Part shown: in pieces, positions 1 through 12,178 of the stretch
Layout of the letters: every line of letters begins with the position of its first letter
Position numbering within the stretch: the first letter of the stretch is position 1
Assembly (NCBI RefSeq): GCF_964355755.1
Contig: NC_092677.1
Span: 27,887,175-27,951,174, forward strand
Reading direction: 5' to 3'
DNA: 64,000 nucleotides
From: Antedon mediterranea
Lineage: Eukaryota; Animalia; Echinodermata
The notes under the pieces: model-generated
What the model was told of the DNA's origin: nothing
The model's input: only the letters and a program-made list of their open reading frames with translations
Databases searched by the model: none
Program-made: the position numbers and the translations under genes

Positions 1-1472
1 AACGAACTTGAGCTTTATGATAAACTATAATTATCTATGACATCACCTTAAACACTTCTGTGTCAATTAAGGATTTTGCTAAAGTTGGAAAAACTTTAAA
101 ATAAATCTGTAAAGTAGCAGCTGACAAATTACTTTAAAATTTGTAAACGCTTTCCAAAATGTATTAATGATAAATTTGTAGACTTATTCTTGACATTCAA
201 GTGTGACATTAAAATACATAAAGAACCCCATACTCTTGTTTATATGGAATGTTTACCATTTGCTGTTTGTGGCTCAGTGGCCACTTAACCTCCGCTATAA
301 CTTTTCAAGGAAGCCATCTTCACAGAATATTACATTCCTACAAAATATCCAAACATACAGTAAGTTCATTCTAAATCACCGTAAACTGGTCCAATTTCAC
401 TTTTACCTAACCCATGTTGGATCAAGTATTGAGGTACAAACTAATTATTTGATACTTCCATGTATCAACTGAGTTTTTTATATCTAGATATAGAATTCTG
501 TAACATCTGACATACAACCCTATGACAATTCTATAGCCTTTTCTTGGTCAATATACTGTAGCTGGTGACTCAGTTAATTTTAAGAACAAATAATTAATTC
601 ATCATCTTCTTCATTTTGATCCTGTATTAATATCCTGTACCCATCAACCCACAAATCAGCTGATATTTACAAATTACACAAATTAATCTAAAATATTACA
701 CTTGAAATACAGCGACAATTAAAACAAATATTCCGCAACTTTACGCTGGTTTTTTAATACCTAGCTTAGTTTCTACAGACACTTGCCCCCTCCTGCCACA
801 CAATACCAGGATCTCTCTTTACCTCACGGCCTAAGCCTTGTGTACGTCCTCGGCACAGAAGACATCAGTCTGTTTCTTGGATTTTATAATCACTTGTTAA
901 AATAATTCTCTGCCACAATATACCAGGATTTCGCTCAACCTCATGACCTAAGTCTCGTTCAAAAATCAGTAAGGCATCAGTCTGTTTTCCAAATAGTATA
1001 TCGAGAGTTACAATATAATATTTGTTTTTAGTTGTTGAAAAAGCAGGTTTCACGTCACCATTATATAAACACATATTTCAATCTTTTGAGTCTAAATTAA
1101 TAAATTAATTTCCTTCAATACACAAATATTTCAGTAAACTTTTAAAATAAATTAATTCTGGTAACAATCAAATTCATGGCATACTGTACATACATCAGAA
1201 TATCAAGTTAAATTAGCATCTACAGTAGGCCAGGTGTTTACAAAGATTTACATCATGACATTTTTAATTAATACAGGTGTAGGACAATGGAAGAAATTAC
1301 AAATCTATTTCAGACTGGAATATGAGGAACAGATTAAAGTATAATTTACATATTATTTTGTACAAATATGTAGACACAGTGTAATACTTTAGTATATAAA
1401 GAGACCGGGCCCTCCTGTACAAGAATATCAAGACAAAATATAAGTACCTCAATGACAGATTAGCAACATTAA

Positions 1473-2096
1473 AGACACCTTCCCTACAATTTGTGACGTT
1501 TTGTAAAAATAATACATATATATTACTTTAAAAACATTAAACCAGGTCATTCCTTGTCTTAAATGTACGTTTTATGGTAAATTATGATAAAAAGTGAGAA
1601 ACAATGCACTACCTAAGTAGCTCACGGCGACTGACCTCCCGTGGACGGTCTTTAGGCAGCCTAGCTAGGCTTAGTTTTGTAGGCCTAGCTGGTAAACATC
1701 GGTAACGTACGAACATCGTACGCTAGCTATATACCTAGCCTGACGTTGTATAGTTGCTGCATTAATTGTCTTTCTATTTTCGCCAGACTCCGTTAATACA
1801 AATTGGGGGAAACCCGGTTTTTTCGCTGAAAAGCTAGGAGTCTTCCATTTGTTTTGGCCTCACGATCGATCGAAAAGTGGGTGAATTACAGAAGAAAAAC
1901 AAAAATATCAATCCGCGCGCAATGCATTTTGGGATTTATAGCGGGCCGCTATAATTATTAGAATTGACTTATTTTTCACATTTTTAACCGTTTAAAGACG
2001 AAAAAAGTTATCGCAATAGGACCATATAGTATATTTTTACATTAAATATAGTTTATGATCTTAAATTAGATCTAAAAAAACGTAGGGAAGGTGTCT
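1473..2096. mobile_element. Non-autonomous TTAA-target DNA transposon, Kolobok-like
   Basis: 15-bp perfect TIRs AGACACCTTCCCTAC / GTAGGGAAGGTGTCT, TTAA on both sides (1469-1472, 2097-2100). AG...CT termini fit Kolobok rather than piggyBac (CC...GG). No ORF. Confidence 0.75.
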
Positions 2097-2866
2097 TTAA
2101 CAATATCTTCATTTTGAAAAAGAATCGTCTAAACACACATTTGGACTTTTGTGAATCTTTAAACACAGCCTCTTATTATTTTATAGTATAATAGTTAACT
2201 ATCATATCAAATTAGGATCGCTATTAAATGATATCATTAAATCAGTTTTAAAAATGATTTAAAATCAATATTGGATTCACTTGTGAATTGCATTTATTTA
2301 AAAAGGTATTTAAGACCTAATACAAAAAGTACTTGTGCTATATTTGTTTGCAGTAAACAACTTTATATTTGTACGCAACAACGTACTACAAAACAGAAGC
2401 CAAACTTCTACTATCTGTTCACTCTCGCTCGTCACATAAAAAAAAAACATTTGCTCAAACCAAATGTTTGAACATTAAAGCATAGCATCTTATTTTACAT
2501 TACATTCAGTTCAAAATATTTTTACAAACTTTTTGGATTAAAAAAATCCACATATTTGGTATGGCAGACATTGGCAAACAGCTGCATTGAAAAAAGAAAA
2601 CTGCTCTCAAAACATACTACACAAATTATCATCTACATTTTACATAATTTACATGTAATCTTTTATACATAAAATCATCTCAAATTTCGTTACGTTTCTA
2701 CAAAAAATACTTTTCTTCTTTTCGACATATTTCCTCTAAAGGTTTCGCCAATTCTAAACAATTTTGACTGTACTCTTCATCTACTGTCTTCTGCTGCCAC
2801 TTAGTTCCTTCACATTCTCTTCACAGAAAATTCTTCAAGAACAAAGCTAGACTCTTTAATGTTTTA

Positions 2867-4897
2867 TCAGGTTGATTCATCAAATTCATTTTCATCAACG
2901 TGAACAGCATGAAAGACTAGTTTACGTGATTTTTGGTTCAAGTCCCCTGAATGTTTTAATCGTTTGTGATCTTCTAACTCGGACGCTGTTTTAAATCGCC
3001 GTTTCTTGCACAGTTCACATTTATATGCTTTCCACCCTGTCAGTGTAAAGTAATCAAAGCTTCCATCAGCGTTATAACTCTTTTTTATCTTCTCCTCCTC
3101 AACTCTATCAAGCTTACGTTTCCTCTCCGGAATTTCCCGATAAATATTGAACGTGCTTTTCCTACTGCGTTTCCGACCGTCGTCAGATCTGCTTTCTTCG
3201 TCGTCAACATCGTAGTCGTTGCCGCCATCATCTACATTTTGTTCAGTATAAAATCCTCCGGTGCTACGAATGGCACTGTTCACTTGTCTAGTGATGTCAT
3301 CAACCTGAGCTAAATCTTGAGTTCCTTCGCTGCTCGTCTGGTCTGAATTGTTTGATTGGTTACCTTCTTTCCGCTCTATATCTGCTAAATATTCCCCAAA
3401 TCTGTTTGGTGAAACTTGACTACCGTGTTTTGCGATTGAATTAGGTGAATGCACCTTATCCCCAAGTCCATACCCATGCATAAACCCTGGTATTGTACCC
3501 CATGGCATGTGAGTTTGTGCTACAGGTCCAAATCTTGCGACCATCTCATTCGAAGGTATCTGAGTTGGCCACGGCAGGCTCATTCTGTTTGCTTCTACTG
3601 GATTCATGACTCCGATAGAATTCCTTCGGCGTTTCATGTGAGGATTATTACGCAGGTAGCGGTATAAAACAGACTCTTCCGGTGCCTTTGGTGTGGAAAC
3701 ATTAGCAGAGGTCAGAGATGGATTAACGTTGGGAAAGTGCCCCGGAAAAGGCCAAGGCACCATTCTTGGTATCTTCTCTTGGTCTCGCTCTGGTGGTTGT
3801 TGATGGTAGGGATACCAGAGTGGCATTGCACCGGTCGGAGGACGTCCAGTTTGACCATACTGTTTTAAATCGGTTGAATGTCCATGAAATTCATCCCTTA
3901 ATCCTACTTTAGAATTATCTAAGGTATCAATCTGTTGGTTATGGAAGCTGGGTATTTCTCCTTCTGTGATGCTGTAACTTCTAGGCCTAGTCTTTATAGG
4001 CCCATGGTAATCTACTCCAGGTAACTGTCCTGAGAAATCAACCGATCGTGGAGATGGAATTGGGGCTGGTCGCCGTGCAGTTTCATTATTATGCCGATGT
4101 TTTTCCATAACATGACTAACTATATCTCGTAATGATGATGGTGGTTTATCTCTTTGGTACAATTTTGAGTCGTTTCTTGTATCAAGCTTTGTATTTGTTA
4201 CCAGGTCTGCCCTTGTTCCGAGTTCAAGAGCCGAAACAGCCTTAGGCAGTGTTTGCAACTTTGAAACTGTATCATTAAATGTAAAATCATTTCTTGGTTG
4301 CTGCTGCTGCTCCTCACAAGGTGATGCGGCACCTCTTCTCTCCCGTGTTTCAACTTCCATACCGTCTTGGAATTTATCATTTTTAACATTTTCTGTTGGT
4401 TCTGGTCGGAATGGGATTCCTCTAACAACAGCGACATCCCGTTGAACAGGTAGCGCTATGTGAATTTCGCTTTCATTTGTTTTTAAATCATCAGGACAAG
4501 ATACCATACTGCTTCTAGACGTTGACTCCCTCTCATTGGAATCTGTTAAACTATCTGCTGATGCAATGTCCTTATTTCCAGGTCTGACTTCCTCCCGAGT
4601 AGGAATAGTTGACGATTCTTTTGGGCTGACTGGTTCTGTTTTAACAGCTTTGCCAAAGAAGCCCATTCGCAGCTCCGAAGCAGGATGACTACCACCAAGA
4701 CTGTGTCGTCGCTGTAACATCTTGCGTACACCCAAGCCCATAAGTTGTCCAGAGTTAGATTTATCAGTGTTCCTACCTTTAGTTTCTTGACTGCTACTGG
4801 TACAGTAGTTTGGTGGAGAGTTTTGTGATACGGGTTGCGGCGACGGTGGTCTTCGCAGAACTATCTCATTTTCACCTGGACTTGAAAGTGGACCATC
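2867..4897 (-). CDS. C2H2 zinc-finger protein, last coding exon
   Basis: Open frame extends from acceptor ttttag|GAT at 4897 (phase 0) through the 624-aa ORF to TGA at 2867. Low-complexity S/P/Q-rich middle, basic NLS-like stretch (RKRSRK, RKRK), C-terminal finger YKCELCKKRRFKTASELEDHKRLKH. Confidence 0.85.
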   Translation of the reverse strand, partial: DGPLSSPGENEIVLRRPPSPQPVSQNSPPNYCTSSSQETKGRNTDKSNSGQLMGLGVRKMLQRRHSLGGSHPASELRMGFFGKAVKTEPVSPKESSTIPTREEVRPGNKDIASADSLTDSNERESTSRSSMVSCPDDLKTNESEIHIALPVQRDVAVVRGIPFRPEPTENVKNDKFQDGMEVETRERRGAASPCEEQQQQPRNDFTFNDTVSKLQTLPKAVSALELGTRADLVTNTKLDTRNDSKLYQRDKPPSSLRDIVSHVMEKHRHNNETARRPAPIPSPRSVDFSGQLPGVDYHGPIKTRPRSYSITEGEIPSFHNQQIDTLDNSKVGLRDEFHGHSTDLKQYGQTGRPPTGAMPLWYPYHQQPPERDQEKIPRMVPWPFPGHFPNVNPSLTSANVSTPKAPEESVLYRYLRNNPHMKRRRNSIGVMNPVEANRMSLPWPTQIPSNEMVARFGPVAQTHMPWGTIPGFMHGYGLGDKVHSPNSIAKHGSQVSPNRFGEYLADIERKEGNQSNNSDQTSSEGTQDLAQVDDITRQVNSAIRSTGGFYTEQNVDDGGNDYDVDDEESRSDDGRKRSRKSTFNIYREIPERKRKLDRVEEEKIKKSYNADGSFDYFTLTGWKAYKCELCKKRRFKTASELEDHKRLKHSGDLNQKSRKLVFHAVHVDENEFDEST

Positions 4898-6292
4898 CTA
4901 AAAATAAACATGTGAACAAGTTTTAAAAGAGACAGTAATTCATTTTTTTTTTAAATATTTTGTTATTCGTAGATAAATTAGATTATACTATTTTTTTTTC
5001 AGCAAAAGCTCCTTGTTGTTCACAGAGCAATTGCCTATTCTTGTAGAATTTGGACAATGAAAGTGAAAATAATATTTTATATTATTTCCATTACTACCAT
5101 TTGAAGATCATGATACACTGTAGGTATAAACATTATTCTGTTTTAATCAGGAAACATTGACATTTGTATGTATATTTTATAATGCAAATAACAAGAAATG
5201 GAAGTAATTTTCCACTGATGAATGAATGCAATTACAATACTTAGGAAATATTTATTTCTTATTCAAAGTTTTTCAATTTGCTTTTCAATAAGATTAAATT
5301 TAACCCCAAAATAGTGAACCCCACCTCTGGATAACCTCAAAATGTGGTATTATAAATATTACCTCGCCCACTCTTTTTCACAAATCATTATTATGATTTA
5401 GAAGCTAGTGTCCAATGTCTTTATAACGAGAAGGGTTTGTCATGATTTTTTCACACAATACAAATCAGAAAATGATGTCATGCTTGTATGGGGATAAATG
5501 GGGAATCCCCTTTTAAGGACACAACCTTTGAATGAAAGTAGTAGGTGTACTTTAATTGAAATTAAAGCAATTTGATTTGTTCAGAAAGATATTATAGTGT
5601 AGCTATAGTTCAGGTGTATTAACCATACCAAGGAAAATTAACAAAAGAGATGAATTGCATCATGCTATCTGGATTATAACAAACAAATTTGGAAAAATAC
5701 AATTTGTGATACAGTAGTAAATAAAAACTGAAACCTCTGGTTTAAACAAAATTAATTTAGAATGTTTTGTGAATAATTTCTCTATAGGTAGAGTGTATGT
5801 TCTGGTTTTTCTAAAGCTACAGTAGTTAGGATGATACTATTTGTTGAGATTTTAAGTGTATGTTTTATTTTAAAAAAAAAAACATCTTTTTAAAAATCTA
5901 AATCTATTTTTTATTAAATGAATTTACAATTAAATTTAAACAAAATGTCAGATCTGAAGGACAACATAACATGAGCATTAGGAATGTTGTATGTAAAGCC
6001 TTTTACAGTAAGTCAAACGCTAGACCGCTAATAGCTAGTAAAACTGTTACTATAATGGTCCTGCATTGAATTTACTACTATAGTAACGGTATGCTTAGCC
6101 GCTCTCTCGTGGGATCTAAAGGATTTTACAGTTTGGATGCAAAAAAAAGCATGAAATCACGCTTCACATAAACAGCTACTTAGTTTGCCTCTAAATACTG
6201 TCACACTGCTTCTTCTCTGGGAGACCAGTCTTTGACTGAAGAGGTTACACAGTATTTAATAAATAATTAATTCAAATTCATCTTAAACTCAC

Positions 6293-6772
6293 ATTTTGAT
6301 TTGGTTGATTAGATGTTGCTGCAGACTCATCAGGAATGTTCGCAAGATTGCTTGTACTAGAGGTAACTGATTGTCCGTTAACACCGCCATCATCCAACGA
6401 TCTCTTTCCCGTTCTCTCATCACCTTGATATACACCACTAAGACGCAACGTTTGAGTCGGGCTACCGAGAGGAGTCTGTTCACCAAAACTACAATTCAAT
6501 GTCTGTGTACCGTGCCCGGCTTCAATATGTTCTATCAACTGCTCACGACTCTCGAAAACAAACAAACACTGCTTGCACAGAAAGCATCTTCGAGGGAAGT
6601 GCTCCTTGGACATGTGACTGGTGATGACATGTTCCAGAGGGCTGCAGAACGGACACAGCTTGCATTTGTAAACCCGTATGATGTCAACATAGTCACGGAA
6701 ATGGTTGTATTGGGAGTCGATAACAGTCACCTCCGCAAATGAAGCAGTGTCTTTTTTAGGTGAAGAGGTCAT
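6293..6772 (-). CDS. C2H2 zinc-finger protein, first coding exon (two N-terminal fingers)
   Basis: ATG at 6772 with an in-frame upstream TAA. Fingers YKCKLC..HMSKEH and FLCKQC..HIEAGH. Donor AAT|gtgagt at 6293 is phase 0, matching the 4897 acceptor. Exon acceptor ctcgcag| at 6809 implies upstream non-coding exon(s). Joined protein ~836 aa. Confidence 0.85.
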
Positions 6773-6899
6773 TGTCTTGCGAGGAGGCAGATCATTTTAT
6801 GCTACATTTCTGCGAGAAAAAAAACCAAAATGAGATTTAAATACATCAAGCAATTTAAATAAATCTTGTGTGTACAGTAATTATATTACCTGGGAGAAG

Positions 6900-6913
6900 G
6901 TTGTCATGGTAAC
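6900..6913. promoter_or_regulatory. RFX X-box-like motif GTTGTCATGGTAAC
   Basis: Matches consensus GTTNNCATGGNAAC; intronic, ~90 bp upstream of the first coding exon of the ZnF gene. Confidence 0.4.
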
Positions 6914-8032
6914 ACAAATTATTCATGTAAATACTGTATGTAATATACAGTATACCATTTTTACATTTGTATGAATAATAATGAATAATTCATAAAATAT
7001 GTTTTCTATAAATACATTAAAATTTAACAAGCCTATCAAATGGATTAACTTATAATTAATTATCTTTAACCAGGCGACAGAATAAAAAGGAACAAAATGA
7101 ATGGTTTTCACAAGGAAATGGCAAAAAGAATAAATGGGTTTAAAATGTGTTCTTCGCAATATTAACATTACCTCATTAATATTAATAAATATCTTTTAGT
7201 TTGTATTTGACACTACAAAAATATTGTTAATGACATAACTGACAAAATAATTAAATTATTATCATATCAAATTAAAATCATAAAACAAGGTAATTCTCAC
7301 TCTACTGTATGTCCATGACATTAAGATTAGAAAGGTTCTGTATACTGAGTAAATGTAAACAATTCTATAATCAATGTACTATTAATACTATCAATATTAC
7401 TATATCTCTACTATTGTTGGTTTCTGGTAATATCCCCAATCGCCAAACAAATGTTCACTTTAAAGAAAGTAATTCTATGTTATGCTTTATTCCAATACAA
7501 ATAGCAGGGGTAACCCACCTGAGGATGTAAAACTAAAGTAATTTACATTTTCATGCTCACATAATTTACAAGAGTAGAAGACTAGGTATTATTAGGTTTA
7601 TGGTTCCATTTTGCTCTGTACAAATATAAATTCCCAGCGTATACACACAAAATAATTCCTCCACAGAAGCAGAAGGTTCATAAAAATATACTACAGGGTT
7701 TCCTAGGAAATGTGCTAGTACTGTACTATTATAAGGGGTAGCTGACTCATTTGAGTTACAGTGATGTATTTTGTTTAAGCTGCCCTGCCAAGCATTTTTT
7801 CATCTTTTATTTATATTTATATTGTTCAAATAAATAAATAAAATAAAAACAATAGACTGCTGGTTTTGTTGGCATGGTGCCATTAGAGGCCTTTCATCTT
7901 CCTCAATATGCCCCAGTATTTTAGCTAAAACATTAGACATGATCAGTATCCTAACTATATATTTTTGTTGAAATATTTTTATCTAGCTTGGATTCACTTG
8001 ATTATAAAACAACTTACAGTAGTGTACTACTA

Positions 8033-8190
8033 AAGATACGTCTACACTATCAAACTAGTTTGACAAAAAAAATGTTACTGTATGTGCCCAAATATGGTAG
8101 TGATATGTCACATCACTACCACATTTGGGCATACCTCTACCAACCATATTTGGTTTGTCAAACTAGTTCGATGGTGTAAACAGAGCTTAA
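8033..8190. mobile_element. Palindromic MITE family A (ctctgtctacactatcaaac...gtttgatagtgtagacagag)
   Basis: ~160-bp element with TIRs and internal (ccaaatatggtagtgatatg)n units; about 13 copies or fragments in the window. Confidence 0.75.
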
Positions 8191-8771
8191 GAAAGATGAG
8201 AAAGAGATTCTTTGATTTTTAATTTTATCAATACTTCTGTATAAATTATCAAATGTGGGTTGTATAAAGTATAGAATGTCACTGATAATCTTGTTACTAT
8301 TGTGTAATACAGCCAGATAATGTATTAAATCTGCAAAACAAATAATTTATGGATCTCAGTCTTAAAAGTCAATTAATTAGCTCGTTTAAAGAAAGGTTAA
8401 TTTTTATCCAGAATGCCGCGAGTTGACATTTCACTAATGAGCTGTCGCACAAGGATTTCAAGACTAAAAGAAAATAAATATGTTAATTAGTAAGCTAACA
8501 TTTGCCAGTCTTATTCCAAGAAATATTATTATTATGTACAGTAATGATGTTGTTGCTGCCACAATATTCTTTGTAAAGGCCAATTTACACAGACGGTAAA
8601 CCACATACCACGTAGAATCTGTATCTATCCTGGGCTGAAAAACGCCCGTCCGCTCGGCATTGTGCGTAAATGGTCATAAGGAATATAAACATAGATTCTA
8701 TTTATATTACCGTTACCGCTCATCTGTGTGAATTTTTTGTGTAGCATTTTTCTAAGAGATTGTATGCTGGG

Positions 8772-8889
8772 AAAAATGTTCCCTCCCTCCCTTCCCCACC
8801 CCGCTCTCCAAAAATGTTCCCTCCCTCCCTTCCCCACCCCGCTCTCCAAAAATGTTCCCTCCCTCCCTTCCCCACCCCGCTCTCCAAAA
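8772..8889. repeat. 38-bp tandem repeat x3, G-rich on the minus strand
   Basis: Unit aaaaatgttccctccctcccttccccaccccgctctcc at 8772, 8810, 8848. Confidence 0.9.
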
Positions 8890-9525
8890 ATAACATAAGC
8901 AAACACGCATTTAAAGCATAGGAATAATTATTTTTTAATACAATGTCTCGTAATTTCTGATGTTATGGAAATAATCTAAAGATGCTCTGTGCCATAGAAC
9001 CTTGTGGTAGTACTGTACATTGCATGTTAAAAAATCACAATCAATCGATGGCAAAACATTGCATGCATAATTAATATCATTATTAATAATACTATTACTC
9101 TATACTTAGAATTTTGATTCAATAACAACATACTACTGTACACAGAGCTCATTAAAATTTACCCATCTTTAAACTCTGGTGTAAAGTCCAACCAAAAATC
9201 AACTCATGTTTTCTTACCATTTTAAAAGAAAGATTTTCCCTTGACAAAATGTTTACCACATAATCTGCTTAATACATTATGAACATCCTAAATTAAAACA
9301 TTATTTTGAAAATTTGAAATTTGTTGTTACTACTGTAATGTAAAGAAAGATTTTGATAAAAAGTTTGCACACTTTAATTTGTGAACAAACACATAATAGA
9401 CTCAGCATGTGTTAGTTAAAACATGAACTTTGCACTAAGCTTTAAAAATATAGACTTTGTGCAGCAGGATGTTTAGCACACACATACATACTAACTTAAC
9501 ACCTTTAGTCAAGTACGTACTTTAC

Positions 9526-9714
9526 CTGAACCACAGCGTTTTAGAGATCCATACCTGCAGCCTGCTGCTGTTAGTGGTTTTGATGGTGTGCGTCTGTCGT
9601 AATTCATTCAACTAATAAGTATTGTTGAGATATGACAGTGATACATCAAAGAAAATTTTCCGCTTATCATTCAAGCCACAATCAGAATTCTCAATTGTAT
9701 GATGATGTCAGTAT
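9526..9714 (-). other. Candidate 5'-UTR exon of the ZnF gene with two alternative donors
   Basis: Donors CAG|gtatgg (9555) and CAG|gtaaag (9526); possible acceptor tttatag| at 9714. Splice signals only. Confidence 0.3.
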
Positions 9715-9910
9715 CTATAAATAGTTTTTTGCATTTATAATTGGTGGATTTTCTAAGGGCAATTTGGCTTTCATAATATTAATTGTTTAATGCTTTTAAC
9801 TGTAGGTGTGTTTAAGTCCTGATAAAATGACCACGCAAAATGTCATGCAAGAACCTCTAAACTAGTTTGTGTAAAGTGAAATACTGTATGAATGAACAAT
9901 TTCTTTTTAA

Positions 9911-10066
9911 AGACATCTTCCCTACAATTTGTGACATTTTGTAAAAATAATACATGTATACGTTGTATAGTTGCTGCATTAATTGTCTTTTTTCCATTGA
10001 TACAAATTGGGGAAAACCCGGTATTTTCACTGAAAAGTTAGGAGTCTTCCATTTGTTTTGGCCTCT
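9911..10066 (+). mobile_element. Internally deleted copy of the 1473-2096 Kolobok-like element, followed by a family A MITE remnant (10068-10205)
   Basis: TTAA|AGACATCTTCCCTACAATTTGTGAC matches 1473-1520, then jumps to sequence matching ~1744-1860. Confidence 0.75.
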
Positions 10067-10605
10067 ATGCGACAAAAAAATGTGATATGCCAATAATATG
10101 TGGACATGATGTCATATCACTACCATATTTTGGCATATCACTACCATATTTGGGCACATCACACATTTTTCGTCAAACTAGTTTGATAGTGTAGACAGAT
10201 ATTAAGGCTTTTTTTTAGCTTAAGAAAACAAATTGGCTTTGATTTTGAACAATGTATGAAAATCAGCATCGCATGCTTAAAAGAAAAAAGACAGTTAATC
10301 TAGGGATTCATTATCGCCAGTGTCCATAGTTACAGGTACACATCATTGAGGAAATCAAATTTAAGGAAATTTTCGATCCTACAATTCAATTCAAAGTCCA
10401 CATAATTTGGAATGAGTTGGTGTGAACTATACCCACTTATCACACAGATTCCTTCTTTAAAATGAATTTTTTATAATAACATCTCTACAATTTTTATCTA
10501 TTTTATCTTATTCACAAGAATTTACTATAATTTAAATGTCATGTTTTGTTATATATCTTGTTCATTTGCTGATTTTTCACGTCATACAGTACCCATTGAG
10601 TTTAA

Positions 10606-11523
10606 CGCCCGTATTCTTAAACCGGACTTTAGTTGTAGTTCGAAGTTCGACTTGAAAAAGTCGTAGTTCGAGCTATTACAGTACTTCAAATTCGATTAAA
10701 AAACGAAGTAGTCGAAGTTTGCAGTTCGACTTAATGAAGTCGAGCTTTTAGTCGAGTTGCACACGTCTGGGTAACAAAGGCTATACATTGGCCAATGACA
10801 AGAGAGTATTTGAGGAGCAGCCAAAATTTTGCGCATTGATATCACTTTCCATTTTTTTACAACACTTTTTACGCATCAGGACTATATACATGAAAAATAA
10901 TTGTAATCGTTAATTATTAGAACAAGATGAATAAAATTAAAATTAAAATAAAATAAACACAACAAACAAAATCTTCGAAATATATTTAGGAACCATGGCG
11001 GTACGGTAACTTTCATATTTTTTAGGCCTCCAACAAAGTATGATCGCGACGAACCACGCACTTCATAGCGTGACAAGAAAGCGCTAGGCCCCTAAACATT
11101 CCATCGCGTGGTGAATTTCTCCCAGTGTTGCTATGGCGTGACGTACTGTAGTTCAAGCCGGACTTGCGCGAAGAAAATAATGTAATTTGTATACGGTTGT
11201 AAATAAAGATGATTTTCATTATTATAACATATACCAATGTATATTTAATTAAGCTAATATAAAAATAGATATTTCATTCTTCAATATCTGGCCAATATAA
11301 CAACTCAATGACTGTTACGTTTTTCATAAACATCGTTTAAAATCATTTAGTCGACCATTTTAGCCTGCCCCCTCCAGGACTAAAAAAATCAATCAAAATC
11401 CGTCTCGATTTAGTCGAGGTTGGCCTGAATTAGTCGATTTAGTTGAAGTTCGGTTTATGAATTAAAATGACGTCATTTTTCGAACTACCGGTACGACTAA
11501 AGTCCGGTTTAAGAATACGGGCG
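10606..11523. mobile_element. Non-autonomous PIF/Harbinger-like DNA element
   Basis: 28-bp perfect TIRs CGCCCGTATTCTTAAACCGGACTTTAGT, 3-bp TAA duplication (10603-10605, 11524-11526), subterminal agtcga/agttcga repeats, no ORF. Confidence 0.75.
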
Positions 11524-11857
11524 TAAAATATCCAAACTTGACGTAATTTATTTATACTGATAGAAGGTGAAGTCAAACAAGTTATTTTTTCTAAAGCTTT
11601 AAAAGTAAAACGAATGCTTGGTTTCCACTACTGTAGGATGCAGTGCAAAGTTATTTGACCAATCACAAGCTTAATATGAAGTTACTGAGATAAAGCACTT
11701 GGAATCAGGGAATACTGATAAGTTGTTTTGGTAGTAGTCATTCTCGTACTGTACATTTAAAAGTAACACATCCAAATGCCAACTTTAAGTCAATGGCTAC
11801 CAGATGTCTCTGTGAGACGGTTATTTGAACCAGTACCAGTACCAGAACCAGTATATT

Positions 11858-12178
11858 GAATAATATACAAATAATGAATGTTTATGAGTGCAATGGTACA
11901 AATAATGGCACAAGGTGAATGATGAAAGGTTATATCAACGAGGCAAAGCCGAGTTGATATAACCTTTCATCATTCACCAAGTGCCATTATTTGTACCATT
12001 ACACGAATACAAAACATTCATTATTTGTTTTATATAACATCTAGACGTTTTTTTTTCGTACACAAAAATGTTTCAAAAAGTACTATTTAACGATCGTTGA
12101 ATAGTGCGTACTATTGCACGCCATGTGACCCACATTCGTCCAATCAAATGACAGGAATTTATATAGGTGTTATATAAT
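11858..12178 (+). mobile_element. Long-hairpin element, family C (unclassified DNA element)
   Basis: ~80-bp arms around loop aacgaggcaaagccgagtt, followed by tatataacatcta...taggtgttatataa inverted ends; second copy at 19318-20888. Confidence 0.65.

Noticed and set aside
795-990. ~115-bp degenerate direct repeat; similar short duplications at 23299-23390 and 61980-62033
   Set aside because: Ordinary local slippage duplications with no further structure.
3449-6742. Antisense and alternative-frame ORFs over the ZnF exons (likewise over MEGF8 exons)
   Set aside because: Shadow ORFs of real coding exons with no independent signals.
8625-8906. Gly/Arg-rich ORFs
   Set aside because: Artefact of the 38-bp tandem repeat.
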